DNA of 64,000 nt from Octopus vulgaris (lineage: Eukaryota), in contig OX597821.1 of assembly GCA_951406725.2 (NCBI GenBank), forward strand, positions 78,058,001 through 78,122,000, read 5' to 3'. The notes beneath the pieces were generated by a model. It was not told the DNA's origin and searched no databases. It worked only from the letters and a program-made list of their open reading frames with translations. Positions 12,734 to 26,940 of this stretch are shown in pieces; position 1 is the stretch's first letter; every line of letters starts with the position of its first letter. The position numbers were made by a program, and so were the translations under genes.

Positions 12734-12800
12734 CATCATTCCATCGTCGATTAGTTGTCAATTATTTTCATCTTTCGTCAAGAAGTAAACAAGTCTTATT

Positions 12801-12959
12801 CTATGGAACGACATCGATGACATAATCTCTATAATACTTAAAATGTAATTCTGCTCCTGTACTATATCGTAAGTAAATCTTTAAGAACTCGTAATACACA
12901 GCCTTGTTTTCGTATCGGAGAAAGGTACATATAGAAGGACTTGAACCCACGGAGCTTTC
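12801..12959 (-). CDS. Tentative terminal exon of the minus-strand PAN-domain gene
   Basis: tagtag|GAA followed by 52 open codons ESSVGSSPSICTFLRYENKAVYYEFLKIYLR...DVVP* in unique sequence. A phase-compatible candidate exon at 14775-14824 encodes FKSIDEACPVWLHIDH. Confidence 0.3.
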   Translation of the reverse strand, partial: ESSVGSSPSICTFLRYENKAVYYEFLKIYLRYSTGAELHFKYYRDYVIDVVP

Positions 12960-13397
12960 CTACTAAGCTATTGATTTGAAAATATCAACAAAGATAGTTT
13001 ACGAATATTATAAATGTTGTGTATAGTTAGAGCCATGGCCGTTGCAGAACAATAAAAGTAATGATATTAGATAAGAATCAGACTGGAATCGACTTCATTG
13101 TTGTGTTTAACCCCAGGTCAGACTTGATAGTTCATAGCAGTGGTACGTAGGCAGTCAGTCGAAAAAAAAAAAACTGTGATCAATAGATCGATAATTTTAG
13201 ACCGGTGGATTCCCCCCCCCCTTACCTGGCTGGCGACGTCCTCATGTGGTTGTTGCAAACTCTCTCAAAAGGGGACGACAAATATTAAGTGGGCGATGGG
13301 TGTTGAGAGGAATCACGATTTTTCGAAGAAATAAAATATTTAGATTATGTGCAATACTTATTATATCTTGAGCATGTAACTTTTTTTTATTATTTAA

Positions 13398-13781
13398 CTA
13401 GCAGTATCGCCCGGCGTTGCTCAGGTTTGTAAGGGAAATAACTATAAAGCATTTTTAGAGAGTTATAGCCAAAAAATAGCAAAAAAATGGAAAAAAAATG
13501 ATGGTAAATTTTTTTGAGAGTTAAAACAGGTGGAGTTGCGTCCCCTAGACGGTCTGTGGTTTGGGTTTCTCATTCTCGACCCCATGTCGAATTTATCGAT
13601 TTTTTTCAGAACTGGGGGAACTTTTCAAAATTTTCGCTGCGTTAGTTTTGAATTATGACATTGGGCTATGTGTGTGTCAAGTTTCATCAGAATCGGTTGA
13701 AAGCCGTGGTCAGAGTGAGGGTACGAGAAAACAGACACACAGAAAACGCACAGACAAACTGCCGTTTATATAGAGAGAGAT
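13398..13781 (+). mobile_element. Non-autonomous Helentron/Helitron-like element
   Basis: Starts actagcagtatcgcccggcgttgctc and ends cagacaaactgccgtttatatagagagat, the typical DINE-1/HINE architecture. A second, different element of this type lies at about 62522-62852. Confidence 0.6.
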
Positions 13782-13973
13782 GTCAGGATTTAGAAAATGC
13801 AAAGCATATTACCAGTGAGCAAGAAAATTGATTGATGATGCCCCAAGACCCTACATATTTTCATTATATAAATCCCCACCTTTTTTTTAGTAATTTCATT
13901 AAAAAATTATCCGAGGAGCACTGGTCCACACAAAATCTAATAAGCGGCATACAGCAAATGGGATAGTTTGATA

Positions 13974-14020
<47 letters not shown>

Positions 14021-15180
14021 GTGTGTGTGTGTATTGATAATAAATCACCTATCTGGTTAAAGTAATTTTTTCCTCTAAACATGAAGAGGGTTGTTTGTAA
14101 ACCGCCATTTAGTGTAAGAGAGGCGCTGTTCCAAGAAGGAGTGAGAATCGCATCTCTGAATATACCTTGCCCTCTACTTTCTCAGCTTACATATTGTGTG
14201 AAGAGAAGTCTTGTAGTTGAAGAAGAAACTCTCATCAGTGACAAATTCAATACGAGACCTTAGATTTTCCCCTTCTCTTACCAACTTCTAAATAACATAT
14301 TCCACTTCGCCGACATTTTTGTAATTTCAGTATTCTCACCCACAAAATACAACAACTTTACCGTCAACTATCTCTTATGAAATCCAATTAACTGTTAAGG
14401 AAATAACATTAATCGATACAGTTTATATACCGTATCAGGTGTAGAAGGGAAGATAGCGAAACGGAGTCACTCCGGAGTGCAGTTGTTAAGCGGGTATGCT
14501 CTGGTTTACTTATATTTGTATATAATTTGTTAAAGAAGCAGTTTCTTGTCAGGCCATTCTAAGGTTGTATTCAACATTATTCTCTCTCTCTCTCACGCAC
14601 ATACATACAGACAGAGGTCAATTCAAACTCGATGCACTGTTCTATATTACCAGTTATAAACTGTAACGAAATGGTCAGTGTGCTATACTAATTGGTCTAA
14701 TAAGAGTGGCTCAAAACTCTGTCGTCCGCAATAATTTATTATCTCGCCTAAGCAGAATGGCATGGCCACATTACATGGTCGATGTGTAACCAAACTGGAC
14801 AGGCTTCATCGATACTTTTAAACACTAGAATGTTTTTATAAAACTGCCTTGTGTCAGAATCATTTTCCCCTTTTTGAGTTGTGCTTCAAGATAAGTGAAT
14901 TAAATTACGATTTCCATATACAAAAATAGTGATTATTTTAATTTCATGGTTGAATAGTTAGGATCTGGCAAAAAAAAAAAAAAAATGATCTCGAAAGTTT
15001 TCTAATCTGCCACTGCGACATGAACGTAGCTTAACGATAGCAAAGGTAAGGGAGATAACTCCAGATATAATTTAAGTACGTACATTATCGGATAATTTCA
15101 GACCTATTTAACATTTCACTTTTATAACCATAGTTTTTAAAATGTAAGCCACCCCCACCTCCAAAACCTCGTAAAAAATT

Positions 15181-15211
<31 letters not shown>

Positions 15212-16329
15212 AATGAAATGTATAATTGACTTCAGCGGGATTCGAACTCACAGAACAGAGACCCGGATTGATTATGACTTGGTTTTCTTTATCTACCGCT
15301 CAAACGACCCTGCCCACTGCCAACTTTATACATTGTATATATTCAATGAAACGCATCATTGAAGGAACCTCTGTGTGGTCAACTCATCTGTTAGAAATAG
15401 CAGCGAAATCGCGCTAACTTTATCACGCTTCACGAAAAATGAGGTACACATTGGACAATGTCGTGCTGAGTATAGAAAATCGACGGGATGGTTTCGGCTG
15501 GAACACTTTTGATCGAAAATCTGCTCATTCAATCCCGAATTGGGACTAAACAGCCACTAAAATACGGTCAACAAAAAGCGTTAATGCGAGAGCTTCTACA
15601 GAGTCGTTCGACCTTCTAGAAACAGCAGTTAAATCTCCCTCAAATTACACGTTAGTGTTTTGAAAAGGAAATACTTTTCATACTAGAGACCTGAACGCGC
15701 AATGTAGAAGAAATAGACGTTAGAGTTTTTGCAAAAAAATATCTTTGATCATAGGCCCTACCTGGAGCAAATTCATTGACTCATGTAGGGAAATAAAATA
15801 TGAGTTCGATATGTTATCGCACATTGTACGCATCTACTCTCCTTTATCACTGATGCTTGGTTATTAAAAAAAAAAAAAAAGCAGAAAAGCTTTACCGTAT
15901 AAAATGAATTAATGATTAACAAATAATAAAACATACTGGGGGGGGGATAGGTTTCGTTGCGGGACCCCAAGTTGTTCTGAGCTTTATGGATGGTCGTTGG
16001 GCGTAATTTTAAGGTCCAAACAGAATTTAACTGATCACCGAACCGTGTTATCATGGATCAATTCGTGATAAGTGTATTATGGTTCACAGTTAAGCCTACG
16101 TACCGTATTACTCTTTTACTCTGTTACTTGTTTCATTCATCTGACTGCGGCCTAACTGGAGCACCGCCTTTCAGTCGAACGAATCGATCACAGTACTTAT
16201 TCTTTATAAGCTTGGTACTTATTCTATCGGTCTCTTTTGCCAAACCGCTAATTTACGGGTACATAATCACACCAACATCGGTTGTCAAGTGACGGGGTGG
16301 GAATATATATATATATGTATGTATATATT

Positions 16330-16533
16330 CAGAGTGTGCCAGAAGTTGCGCACCACCCTGTTTTTTTTTAAAGTATACACCCTTATTCAAAAACACTTGA
16401 TTGAAATTAATCGTAACAAATGCTCCAATTGAGCACCCTTTACAATAAAACATGCAGAAAAAATATAATAAAATAAAATGCTTTAATTATTTTAAATGAA
16501 ACCAGAATGGCGCGCGACTTCTGGGGCACCCTG
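16330..16533. mobile_element. Tc1-like MITE nested in a SINE A microsatellite
   Basis: TIRs cagagtgtgccagaagttgcgc / gcgcgacttctggggcaccctg followed by TA. Confidence 0.75.
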
Positions 16534-16696
<163 letters not shown>

Positions 16697-17546
16697 GACA
16701 GGCTTCTTTCAGTTTCCGTCCACCAAATCCACTCATAGCAAAATCCACTTTGGTCGGCCCGAGGCTATAGTAAAGGACACCGCCCAAGGTGCCATGCAGT
16801 GGGACTGAACCCGGAATCATGTGGTTGGGAAGCAAGCTTCTTACCACACAGCCACAAGTATAACAAAATTTAGTTGCAAGTGATCTTCGAAAACTTGTTT
16901 AGTTTTTGCTTCCTTTAAACTTCAAAACTGTTTCTGTCGCAGACGTTGTTGTGGTAATGTGGTATGAGTTACCGCCCTTCAGGTCATCCATAATAACAGA
17001 AGTCTCAGATCGAAATCTTTCCAGACAAAAAATATCTTGTCCTTTATTTTTGTATTTTTTATTGAGACTATTTGCTCAGATTTCTCTTATTTATATTTCC
17101 ACCCGTTAAAAAAAAAAAGGGATTTGTTTGAAAAATGTTGCGTTGCTGTTTCTAGCAGTTCGGGTGACCACATAGAGGCTCACGTATCATTATCCCTCTT
17201 GGCTGTTTGGATTCCAAAGCAAGTCACCAATCAATGGTAAATAACTCCGCTTCATATCAATACACAGTAACTGCTGAGTTATCTCCCATGAACGAGTTCC
17301 AAATGAAATATAAAAAGCGTGAGGTATATTAGTTTTAAATTTCGGGATAAATTCACTAATTTCGGGGCTGAGGATAAGTCGATGACATCGAAATTAGTGT
17401 TTAACTGGTATTTATTTTATCGACTCCGAAAGGATGAAAAGCAAAATCGAACTGGACGATGTAGACGGGTTGTTTTCCCCTGGAATTTATATCGTTCTGT
17501 GAAACCACTTATGTATAATATTTATGTACACATTTACTCACGCACG

Positions 17547-17607
<61 letters not shown>

Positions 17608-17777
17608 ACTCGCACACACACACACACGTACTCGCACACACACACACACGCGTACTCGCACACACACATTTTAGCGACGAAAATATTTTGACAAATTAAA
17701 CTTAAATGTTGAAGTGAAACGAACGGATTTTGTGTGTTTCTTAAATGGCTTACAAACACCTTCCACGCTGCAATTGT

Positions 17778-17822
<45 letters not shown>

Positions 17823-17933
17823 TTATATATATATTTCATTTTTCCCGAGGGCCAGACTTGCTTGTTGTTCATACACCTGTCTTTGTCTTTTGCTTTTCTA
17901 TAAATTTCTTTTTATATATTAGCTATATATGTG

Positions 17934-17977
<44 letters not shown>

Positions 17978-17980
<3 letters not shown>

Positions 17981-18163
17981 AGTATAGAAGCCATCTTATC
18001 ATGGCTAACCACATTGGGGAGGGGGTGTTACTGTAGCTTTATAGCCCCAAGAGATCTTCGTCTCTAGCTGGCTCTAGACACAATATCTGTGTGAAGATAT
18101 AAAGCTACAGTAACACCCCCTCCCCAATGTGGTTAGCTATGATAAGATGGCTTCTATACTTTA
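17978..18163. repeat. Hairpin with about 65-bp arms flanked by (TA)n
   Basis: aagtatagaagccatcttatc..gtgttactgtagctttata / tataaagctacagtaacac..gataagatggcttctatactt. Confidence 0.85.
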
Positions 18164-18211
18164 CATTATCGAGCGATTACTGTTTCAATCTCATTCTGAG
18201 ATTTAATTATG

Positions 18212-18266
<55 letters not shown>

Positions 18267-18431
18267 TTAGAGATAAAACCACTATTATGCAACTCAAACA
18301 TTAATAGACATAAACTAATACATAAATAACAAATAATGTATATACATATGTATTCTCTCATTCTCTTATTCTCTTATATGTTTCAGTCCAATGACTGTGG
18401 CCATGTTGGAGCACTGCCATTGTAATCATCA

Positions 18432-19980
18432 TTACACTTTCCACCTTTGTCCGAGCGGCTTCTGGTGAAGGATGGACTTCAATGCTATTGCCCTCTTTTG
18501 AGTTTCTTGCTTAGATATTGGCTCATCCGTGATCTCGGCGAGCCAGAGGTCAAGTTCACGTTTGAAAACATCTACATTCACTCCATGGAGGCTCCTCAGA
18601 TGCTTCGGCAGACAGTTAAACAGCTGTGGGCCCTTGAAACCCAAGCTATTGCAGTACATCGTCCTTGCCCGAGATGAAGCAGTCGGCACAGTGGGGACAG
18701 CACAGTGACGTCCTGTTCGTGGTCTTCTATAGCTCTATATTCCAAAGTTTGGTACCAGTCCTTCCATTATCTTTCATATATATATCCCTGCATACATCTC
18801 CCGCCTTCGTTCCAGGGAAAAGAGTCGCAACTCTTTGAATCTGTCCCAATAACTCAATCATTCCATAGATGCAATTTTCTTTGTGTAATGTCGTTGGACT
18901 GCTTCAAGCTCTGCTATATCATATTATAAGGTGACCATAGCTGAGAGCAGCAGTCCAGGTGGCTGAGGATAAATGACTTCCATAGTGTCATCATAGTTTC
19001 TTGGTCCCTGGTCCTGAAGTTTCTGAGAATCCAACCAGCCAGTCTTCTGGATACTGCTACCATTTTGTTGATATGTTGTGAAATGAGGCACTGTTGCTCA
19101 TTTCTATTCCAAGATCACGCACCATATTTGATTCTGGGATCGTTGCTCCACTAGGTCCAACGTACTGATGTCGTGATTCCTGAGCAGTGCTTAACTGGTA
19201 GCGGAGGGCCTGGAATTTACTTACATTAAATTGCATGTTGTTATCCTCAGCCCACGTATAGATGGCATCTAGATCTTTCTGCAAGAGCATAGCATCAAAG
19301 GTTTCCTTGACTGACTGTGCGACTTTTGTGTCGTCGGCATAGCTGGTAAGCATGACTGCCTTTGTCACTGATGGCATATCCGATAGGGCTACCATGAAAA
19401 GCAGTGGCTCCAGCTCAGTGCCCTGGGGCACTCCACTCACTATTGGTGTCTTTGTGGAGAGAGCTCCGTTGGTTGCTACAGCTTGGCTCCTGTTCTTTAG
19501 GAAATCATGCAACCACTCTCCGACTTCACCTGTGATGCCGAGTCCCCGTATTTTGTGGCATATCATTCCATGGTCGACCTTGTCAAATGCCTTCGCAAAG
19601 TCGAGGTAAACCACATCCACTTTTGAGCAATTCATTAATTGCTTCAGTACCCAATCATAGTGTCGCAGAAGCTGTGTAAGACAGCTCGCTCCTTCCTGGG
19701 TGAAGACCATGTTGGGTGTCAGAGAGCAGGTCATTGTCTTCAAGGAACTCAATCAGTCTCTTCCTGACAATGCGCTCCATGACTTTACTGACGTGGAAGT
19801 TCAGGGAGACAGGTCTAAAATTCCTAGCCTCTGCCCTGCTTCCTCCCTTATGGATAGGGCATATTATTCCCTCTTTTAGTTTTTTTGGGAGTTTCCCCAT
19901 CCTGAGGGACTCCTGGAAAAGGATTTGAAGCGGTCTAGCTAGAGCTCTTTTACATTTCTTTAGGAGGACTGCAGGGAATC
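18432..19980 (-). mobile_element. CR1-clade LINE, 5'-truncated and frameshifted
   Basis: RT motifs PIHKGG..NFRPVSL, YLDFAKAFDKVDHG, SGVPQG, YADD and C-terminal GPQLFNCLP. Confidence 0.9.
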
Positions 19981-19981
19981 C

Positions 19982-20015
<34 letters not shown>

Positions 20016-20021
20016 TTTCTT

Positions 20022-20052
<31 letters not shown>

Positions 20053-20133
20053 TTATTATTATTATTATTATTATCATTCTTCTTCTTCTTCTTATTATTA
20101 TTATTATCATTCTTCTTCTTCTTATTATTATTA

Positions 20134-20164
<31 letters not shown>

Positions 20165-20202
20165 CATTATTATTATTATCATTATTATTATTATTATTAT
20201 TA

Positions 20203-20251
<49 letters not shown>

Positions 20252-21204
20252 ATATATAACTTATAGTTAGATGACAAGGTTTTCGAGAGTTAAGTAAACC
20301 TTTTTTTATTTAAGTAATTTTAAGAAGTTTTATTGTATTGTATTCTATATAATACTGATTGTTAATTTGAATCTATAATTATTTGATGATAATTTAGATA
20401 TGTATATATAGTTATTAGTTTATAATTATTATAACTGTACGTAAATTGTAAGATATTACTTAGTCACCGTGGTATATAGATCGTAAAATAGTTATACGTT
20501 TCTTTTAAGATAAGTTATACGTTTTTAATTTGATTTTTAATCTTTTATTTTTTAATTGTATTTCATAAATATATTCTATTGATATTTATAATATTTATGT
20601 AAGTAATAATGGACTAATTAATTAATTTATTTTCGTTATATGTCTATATATTTATTGATAGTGAAAATTTTAGATTTTTAATTACTATATTTGTTGATTA
20701 TAATTTAGATACTTATTTTTATGTATTTATTATTTTATAATTATTAGATGTGAACTAAAATCTAAAAATATGAATAGTGATTATTTTGTTAAATAATTTG
20801 GTAATTGAATATTGGAGTATAACTGAGTTAAAGATATTCGAAAGTTTATTATATTTTTTAAAGCCAAATTATATCTTCGAAGATAAATACATATTTCTAT
20901 CTATGTTTTTACCTTAAAAATTAAATATTTAACATAATAAATGTGTTGTAGGAAATAATCCTAATGTTTTAAGTTTCTAATTTAGTTAATGGAGTTTTTT
21001 CTATAAGAAAGATGATTATTTTATTTATTTCTTAAATAAATATTGTTTAACTCTATTTGCCTATTTACTTAACTATTATCATTAACCTGAAAATTGACTA
21101 TAATTTTAATTCGAATATATTTCAATTGAATTTGTTATTGATGTGAAATCCTTGAAATACACCACGACGTCTACAAACTTTTGAACTGTTCGTAAAAACT
21201 GTCC

Positions 21205-21394
21205 CTTTCGTTTTCACTTTATTTTTTTCATATTTTTCTCATATATCCTCCTTGTTTTTTTCTGTGTATCTGTCTGTCGAAGAGCGTAGGCTCGAAACGT
21301 AAAAGACTTTTTCTATTCCTGAGCGCTATACTAATACATTTGTTTGTTTGTACTCCACCTGCCTTCGTCTTTTGTTTATTTTCGTAAACTTTCC

Positions 21395-21395
<1 letters not shown>
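21205..21395 (+). mobile_element. Dispersed about 190-bp repeat with a hammerhead-like motif, abutting (TA)n
   Basis: Three copies: about 21205-21395, 23160-23335 and 25445-25635. Motif CUGUYGA A GAGC guag GCUC GAAAC GUA aaaga. Confidence 0.7.
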
Positions 21396-21458
<63 letters not shown>

Positions 21459-22564
21459 ATATATGTGTGTGTTTGTGTGTTTGTCCCCCAACATCGCTTG
21501 ACAACAGATGGTGGTGAGTTTAAGTCCCCATAACACACACATACATAATACATACATACACACATACACACACATACATACATACATATATACACACATA
21601 CATAATACACACATACACACATACATACACACATACATACATACATAATACATACATACACACATATGCACATACATACACACATACACACATACATAAT
21701 ACATACATACACACATATGCACATACATACACACATACACACATACATACATACATACATACATACACACATACACACATACACACATACATAATACATA
21801 CATACACACACCTACATACATACATACATACATGACGATGGTCAGTGGCAGATTGGGTCTAAAAATATTGGTTGCTAAGTGACTAAGGGAACCCTCCCGC
21901 TACTACAATGCTATCATTTAATTTTTTTGTTAAAAGTATTCTTTTCAACTGCTTACAAACACAGCCAGGCTGAAATAATTAATGCATTCTTCCAGGAGTG
22001 AATATAAACTCTCAAACTTGAGGGGATGGGTCCCTTAGATGCTAACACGGGCCCCCATTTATAGATTGTAATGGCACAGGGGCCCACTTGCCGTCGGGTA
22101 AGCTGGCAACGTGGCCAGTCCGCTACTGATGATGGTGGTAGCCTCTCGTCATCCAAGAAAGACGGTCCTGCAATTTCTTGTTGGATAACCAGCACAAATG
22201 TTTTGTTTATAGAGATGAAATGCTTGTGCTGTCCATTAGCACACTCCCTCAATCAAACTGATGTTGCTTGAATAGGTGCACGGTGTACCACAGGTCAGAT
22301 ATTGAAGGGATTGCTGGGCAACAACGCCAGATGAAGTGACGTTCTCTAGATTACAACGCACCATCCAGTCTAGGAATTGAAACCACGATTTCGCGCTTGT
22401 TAGAACATCACTCTATCCCCAAGGATATGCACCCTCACATATCCGTGCATCCCTCCCTCTCCATAAACTCCATCCTTCCATCCATACAGGCATTCAAACA
22501 AACATACAAACATACATACATATACACATGCATCTCTCTCTCTCTCTCTGTCTCTCTGTCTCTC

Positions 22565-22624
<60 letters not shown>

Positions 22625-22908
22625 CCTCTTTATATATATATATATAAATATACACCCATATTTCTTTGTCCATGTTGTGTATGGAGTTTATGAATGAATG
22701 ATTCAACAGGTAGAAAAGTCTAAGGGGAAGTTATCCTTATCATTGTGGATAGGTGGGATGAACAATTATCTCCCCTGTCATCAATAATAACGATAGCCAA
22801 TTACCTCCCCTTATATTTTTCTATTTGTTGAATCATTCATTCATATACTCAAAAAACAACGTGGGCAAAAAAATTTCTTTAGAAAATACGTATTTAAATA
22901 CATTTTAA

Positions 22909-22941
22909 TGTCCTGATTAGTGAAAGCGAAACCGGTCGACA
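22909..22941 (+). ncRNA. Minimal hammerhead ribozyme, G8 to U mutated
   Basis: UGUC CUGAUUA GU gaaa GC GAAACCGGUC GACA, with palindromic stem III ACCGGU. Preceded by an imperfect inverted repeat at 22660-22870. Confidence 0.65.
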
Positions 22942-23356
22942 AACACAATATAAGATATATTAAAAATGAAGCTAAAACTACGATAAACACTTGATGTGAT
23001 TCATATTATTTGTCCCTATATATGCAAATAACCACAATGATGAAACGTACGAAATGCATGTGCATCTCGAAATTTCTACTCGAATGGACTTTCAGTTTTT
23101 CCTAAGGTTCCAATTACCGAGTTTAGATATCCAAGAGCTAGATTAACTCTACAATACCTCTTTATCTTTCCCTTTTATTCATTCTTTCTCCATTTTTTTT
23201 CTCACTTTTTACTTTCTGTCGAAAAGCGCAGGCTCGAAACGTAAAAGACTTTTCCACTTTTCCCGAGCGTCAAACTATTACACCTGCTTGTTGCTCCCAC
23301 ACCTGTCCTCGTCTTTTGTTTTTCTCTAAATTTGGACTATACATACATACATACAT

Positions 23357-23465
<109 letters not shown>

Positions 23466-23502
23466 TATATACATATATATATATATATACATATATATAT
23501 AC

Positions 23503-23597
<95 letters not shown>

Positions 23598-24216
23598 CAC
23601 ATATATATATATATGTATATATATATATACACATATATATATATATGTATATATATATATACATATATATATTCTTTATAGAAACAAGGATAAAATCATG
23701 TAAATGATAATATCAAGTGGCCAGCATGCGATAAAACCTTGTGGTTAGATTATACTAAAATTAATAACTATATATACAAATTATATCATTATAGAAAGGG
23801 ATTAGGAATACCCTGCTCCAACACGCTACTAAAAGATGTCAAAAACCGCTATAAAAACCCACTTTTAGCTCCTGAAAAATAGGGGTTGTAAGCGAGGAAA
23901 CGAAAAATAGAAAACTTCACAGTCAATTGAATGTTGGGTTCAATTCAGAGATTAAAGCGGTAAAAATAGCTCATTTCTCATCTTCAGCACAATATTCAAA
24001 GGAACATAATCACAAATATTTATACATACCCATACTGATTAAAGGCGTACGATCATGTACAAATATCCGCGCTTAATCGTCAAAATAAAGTCAAATTTTT
24101 TACTTCTTATTTCAGCCGCATGGTTTTTAAATATCTAAATAAAATATTTATGTTCCTGATCTAAATCGCATTGCTTTGAGCTATTTCGGTAAAAAAAAAA
24201 AAATGAAAAATAAGTG

Positions 24217-24953
24217 GTTTGTGTCTGCCTTCCAATTGCTGTGTTTTTTACTGAGATCTCCTTTTTAGTAGAAGAAATAGCTATAACTCTTTGACTGCTA
24301 TTTCTAAATTCGGTCTGTGGTAAGGCAATTCGTTGCTAAACCCTTTATTGCTTAGTATTACTTAAATTTTCCTCGAATGAGGCTTTTACATGCCGAAGAC
24401 TACTTGGTGTAATTGATAATTATTCCAAATTAATTAATTTCACCCTTCATTATTACGGATAACCACATTTTATCTCAGTAGATGACCATAGCATCTTGTT
24501 TTGGCTACACGCGGGTGGGAAGGGGCTGGTGACACAATCCTTTCATTCACACTTTGAATTTGGTGATACTAGTTGCGGATTCTAGCTCGCTCTGATACTG
24601 AGTTGAGTTGGTGCCTTCTAGTATCTCAAAGTTCAATATATAATCATTTATGATTATATTATTCTACGCTGAAGAGAAAAGAAGTTTGGGTAAGGTAGAA
24701 TTATTTAATATTTAATTCTTATGCTTTCCTAAAAACTTGATTTCGAAACGTGCGTCCGTAGATAACTTAAAATTGTATGATAGATTGCCGTCAATTCATT
24801 CTCTCTTACCTGTTTGTGTCTGCCTTCCAATTGCTGTGTTTTTTACTGAGATCTCCTTTTTAGTAGAAGAAATAGCTATAACTCTTTGACTGCTATTTCT
24901 AAATTCGGTCTGTGGTAAGGCAATTCGTTGCTAAACCCTTTATTGCTTAGTAT
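24217..24953 (+). mobile_element. 595-bp unit with a 142-bp terminal direct repeat (pLTR/retrozyme-like)
   Basis: 24217-24358 is repeated at 24812-24953. The unit contains a hammerhead and ends at (TA)n. Confidence 0.75.
24663..24762 (+). ncRNA. Hammerhead ribozyme, intact core, long stem II
   Basis: UCUACG CUGAAGA GAAA...UUUC GAAACGUGCGUC CGUAGA. Confidence 0.8.
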
Positions 24954-25021
24954 ATAAACATATATATATATACATATATATATACATATATATATATACA
25001 TACATACATATATATATATAC

Positions 25022-25070
<49 letters not shown>

Positions 25071-25152
25071 TACATATACATACACTCACACACGCACACA
25101 CACACACACACGCACACACACACGCACACACACACACACACACACACATATA

Positions 25153-25307
25153 TGGTTCAAAATGGTTTGATTCAAACTCCTTGTTACTCCGAGTTTCAAA
25201 ACTCGAATGCTAATCCTCAGCCGTCGCAAATTTCCAGCGGCTGAGAATTAGTATTTCAATTTGAAACTCGGAGTACCTAGGAGTTTGAATCAAACTGTTT
25301 TGATCCA
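25153..25307. mobile_element. Palindromic MITE (about 155 bp), TA-flanked
   Basis: tggttcaaaa..ttgattcaaactcct..tactccgagtttcaaa / tttgaaactcggagta..aggagtttgaatcaaa..ttttgatcca. Confidence 0.75.
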
Positions 25308-25363
25308 TACATTAACTACCAATGAATGCGTTGAGGGGCCTTCCTGCATTTGTCTACTCACTC

Positions 25364-25411
<48 letters not shown>

Positions 25412-25650
25412 ATATATATGCATATGTATATATGTTGATTCGCTAACTTCTGCACGCATTTTTTTCTCTCCTTCTTTCTCTCCGTGTTTCTTTTCTGTGT
25501 AATTTTCTGTTGAAGAGCGTAGGCTCGAAACGTAAAAGACTTGTTTTATTGATATTCCTGAGCGCCATACTAATACAATTGTTTGTTTGTATTCCACCTG
25601 CCTTCGTCTTTTGTTTATTTTCATAAAACTTCCCGATATACATATGTATG

Positions 25651-25684
<34 letters not shown>

Positions 25685-25693
25685 CACAGACAT

Positions 25694-25724
<31 letters not shown>

Positions 25725-26229
25725 TACATATATGCATGTATGCATTTATGTGTGTGAGTGTGAGTGTGTGTATGTATCTATGTATTTTGAATATTCACTT
25801 CTACCCGTTAAACCATCACTATTTCACCTAATCTTCATCGATGGTGTTAAATGGGCTTCTAAGCCTACATCCTTGCATATCAACGTCTAGGATAATCTGT
25901 AATTTGTATCAGTGTAATCATGCTTTTCTTTTCCTGTGTGTTTCTGTATATATTTACTTGTATGCAAACTAATACATACACACACAAAAATGCGCACGCA
26001 CGCGCACATACACACAGACATATATGTGGGGAAAATGAGCAGATAACACAGGAAAATAATCATAATATATGAAGCAATTAGATATTTGAATTCGAAATTA
26101 AGGAATCAGGAAAAGATACCCAGAAGAAACACATATTTAATTTATTTTGGTCTGGGATCTTCTAGTTAGCCTTATTCATGTATAAGTGCACTATTTCATT
26201 CCTTTTAGAAATTGTGAGTATGACATAAC

Positions 26230-26282
<53 letters not shown>

Positions 26283-26715
26283 GAATCAAAAGAAGTGTAG
26301 GGATTATATTTTTTCATATAATAATAATAATAATAATATAATATTATGTTAATAAATTAATATATGTCAATTGAAACACTCCATTTTCTACACAAACATT
26401 TGATCACTATAAACAAATCATGTGTGTGGTTGTTCGGTAAGAAATTGTCGAACCGTCATACGTCGTCTAACGACGGGAGAGTTTATTATATGCTCTTTTT
26501 TCTATTTTTACTCTTTTACTTGTTTCATTCATTTGACTAAAGACCATGTTGGAGCACCGCCTTTAGTCGAGGAAATCGACCCCAGGACTTATTCTTTGTA
26601 AGCCTAGTACTTATTCTATCGGTCTCTTTGCTGAACTGCTAGCTTACGGGGACGTAAACACACCAGCATTAGTTGTCAAGCGATGTTCTGGGAATAAACA
26701 CAGACTCACAAACAA

Positions 26716-26747
<32 letters not shown>

Positions 26748-26940
26748 ATCCATATATATATACATATATACGACAGGCTTTTTTCCTTTTCCGTCTACCA
26801 AATCCACTCAAGGCTTTGGTCGGTCCGAGGCTATAGTAGAAGACACTTGGCCAAGGTGCCACGCAGTGGGACTGAACCCGGAACCATGTGGATGGTAAGC
26901 AAGTTACTTACCACACTGCCATTCCTGTGCCTATAATGAA

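Noticed and set aside
25826-25896. Candidate minus-strand exon IILDVDMQGC..FNTIDED
   Set aside because: Weak acceptor and an in-frame TAG at the putative donor; it cannot be placed in the gene model.
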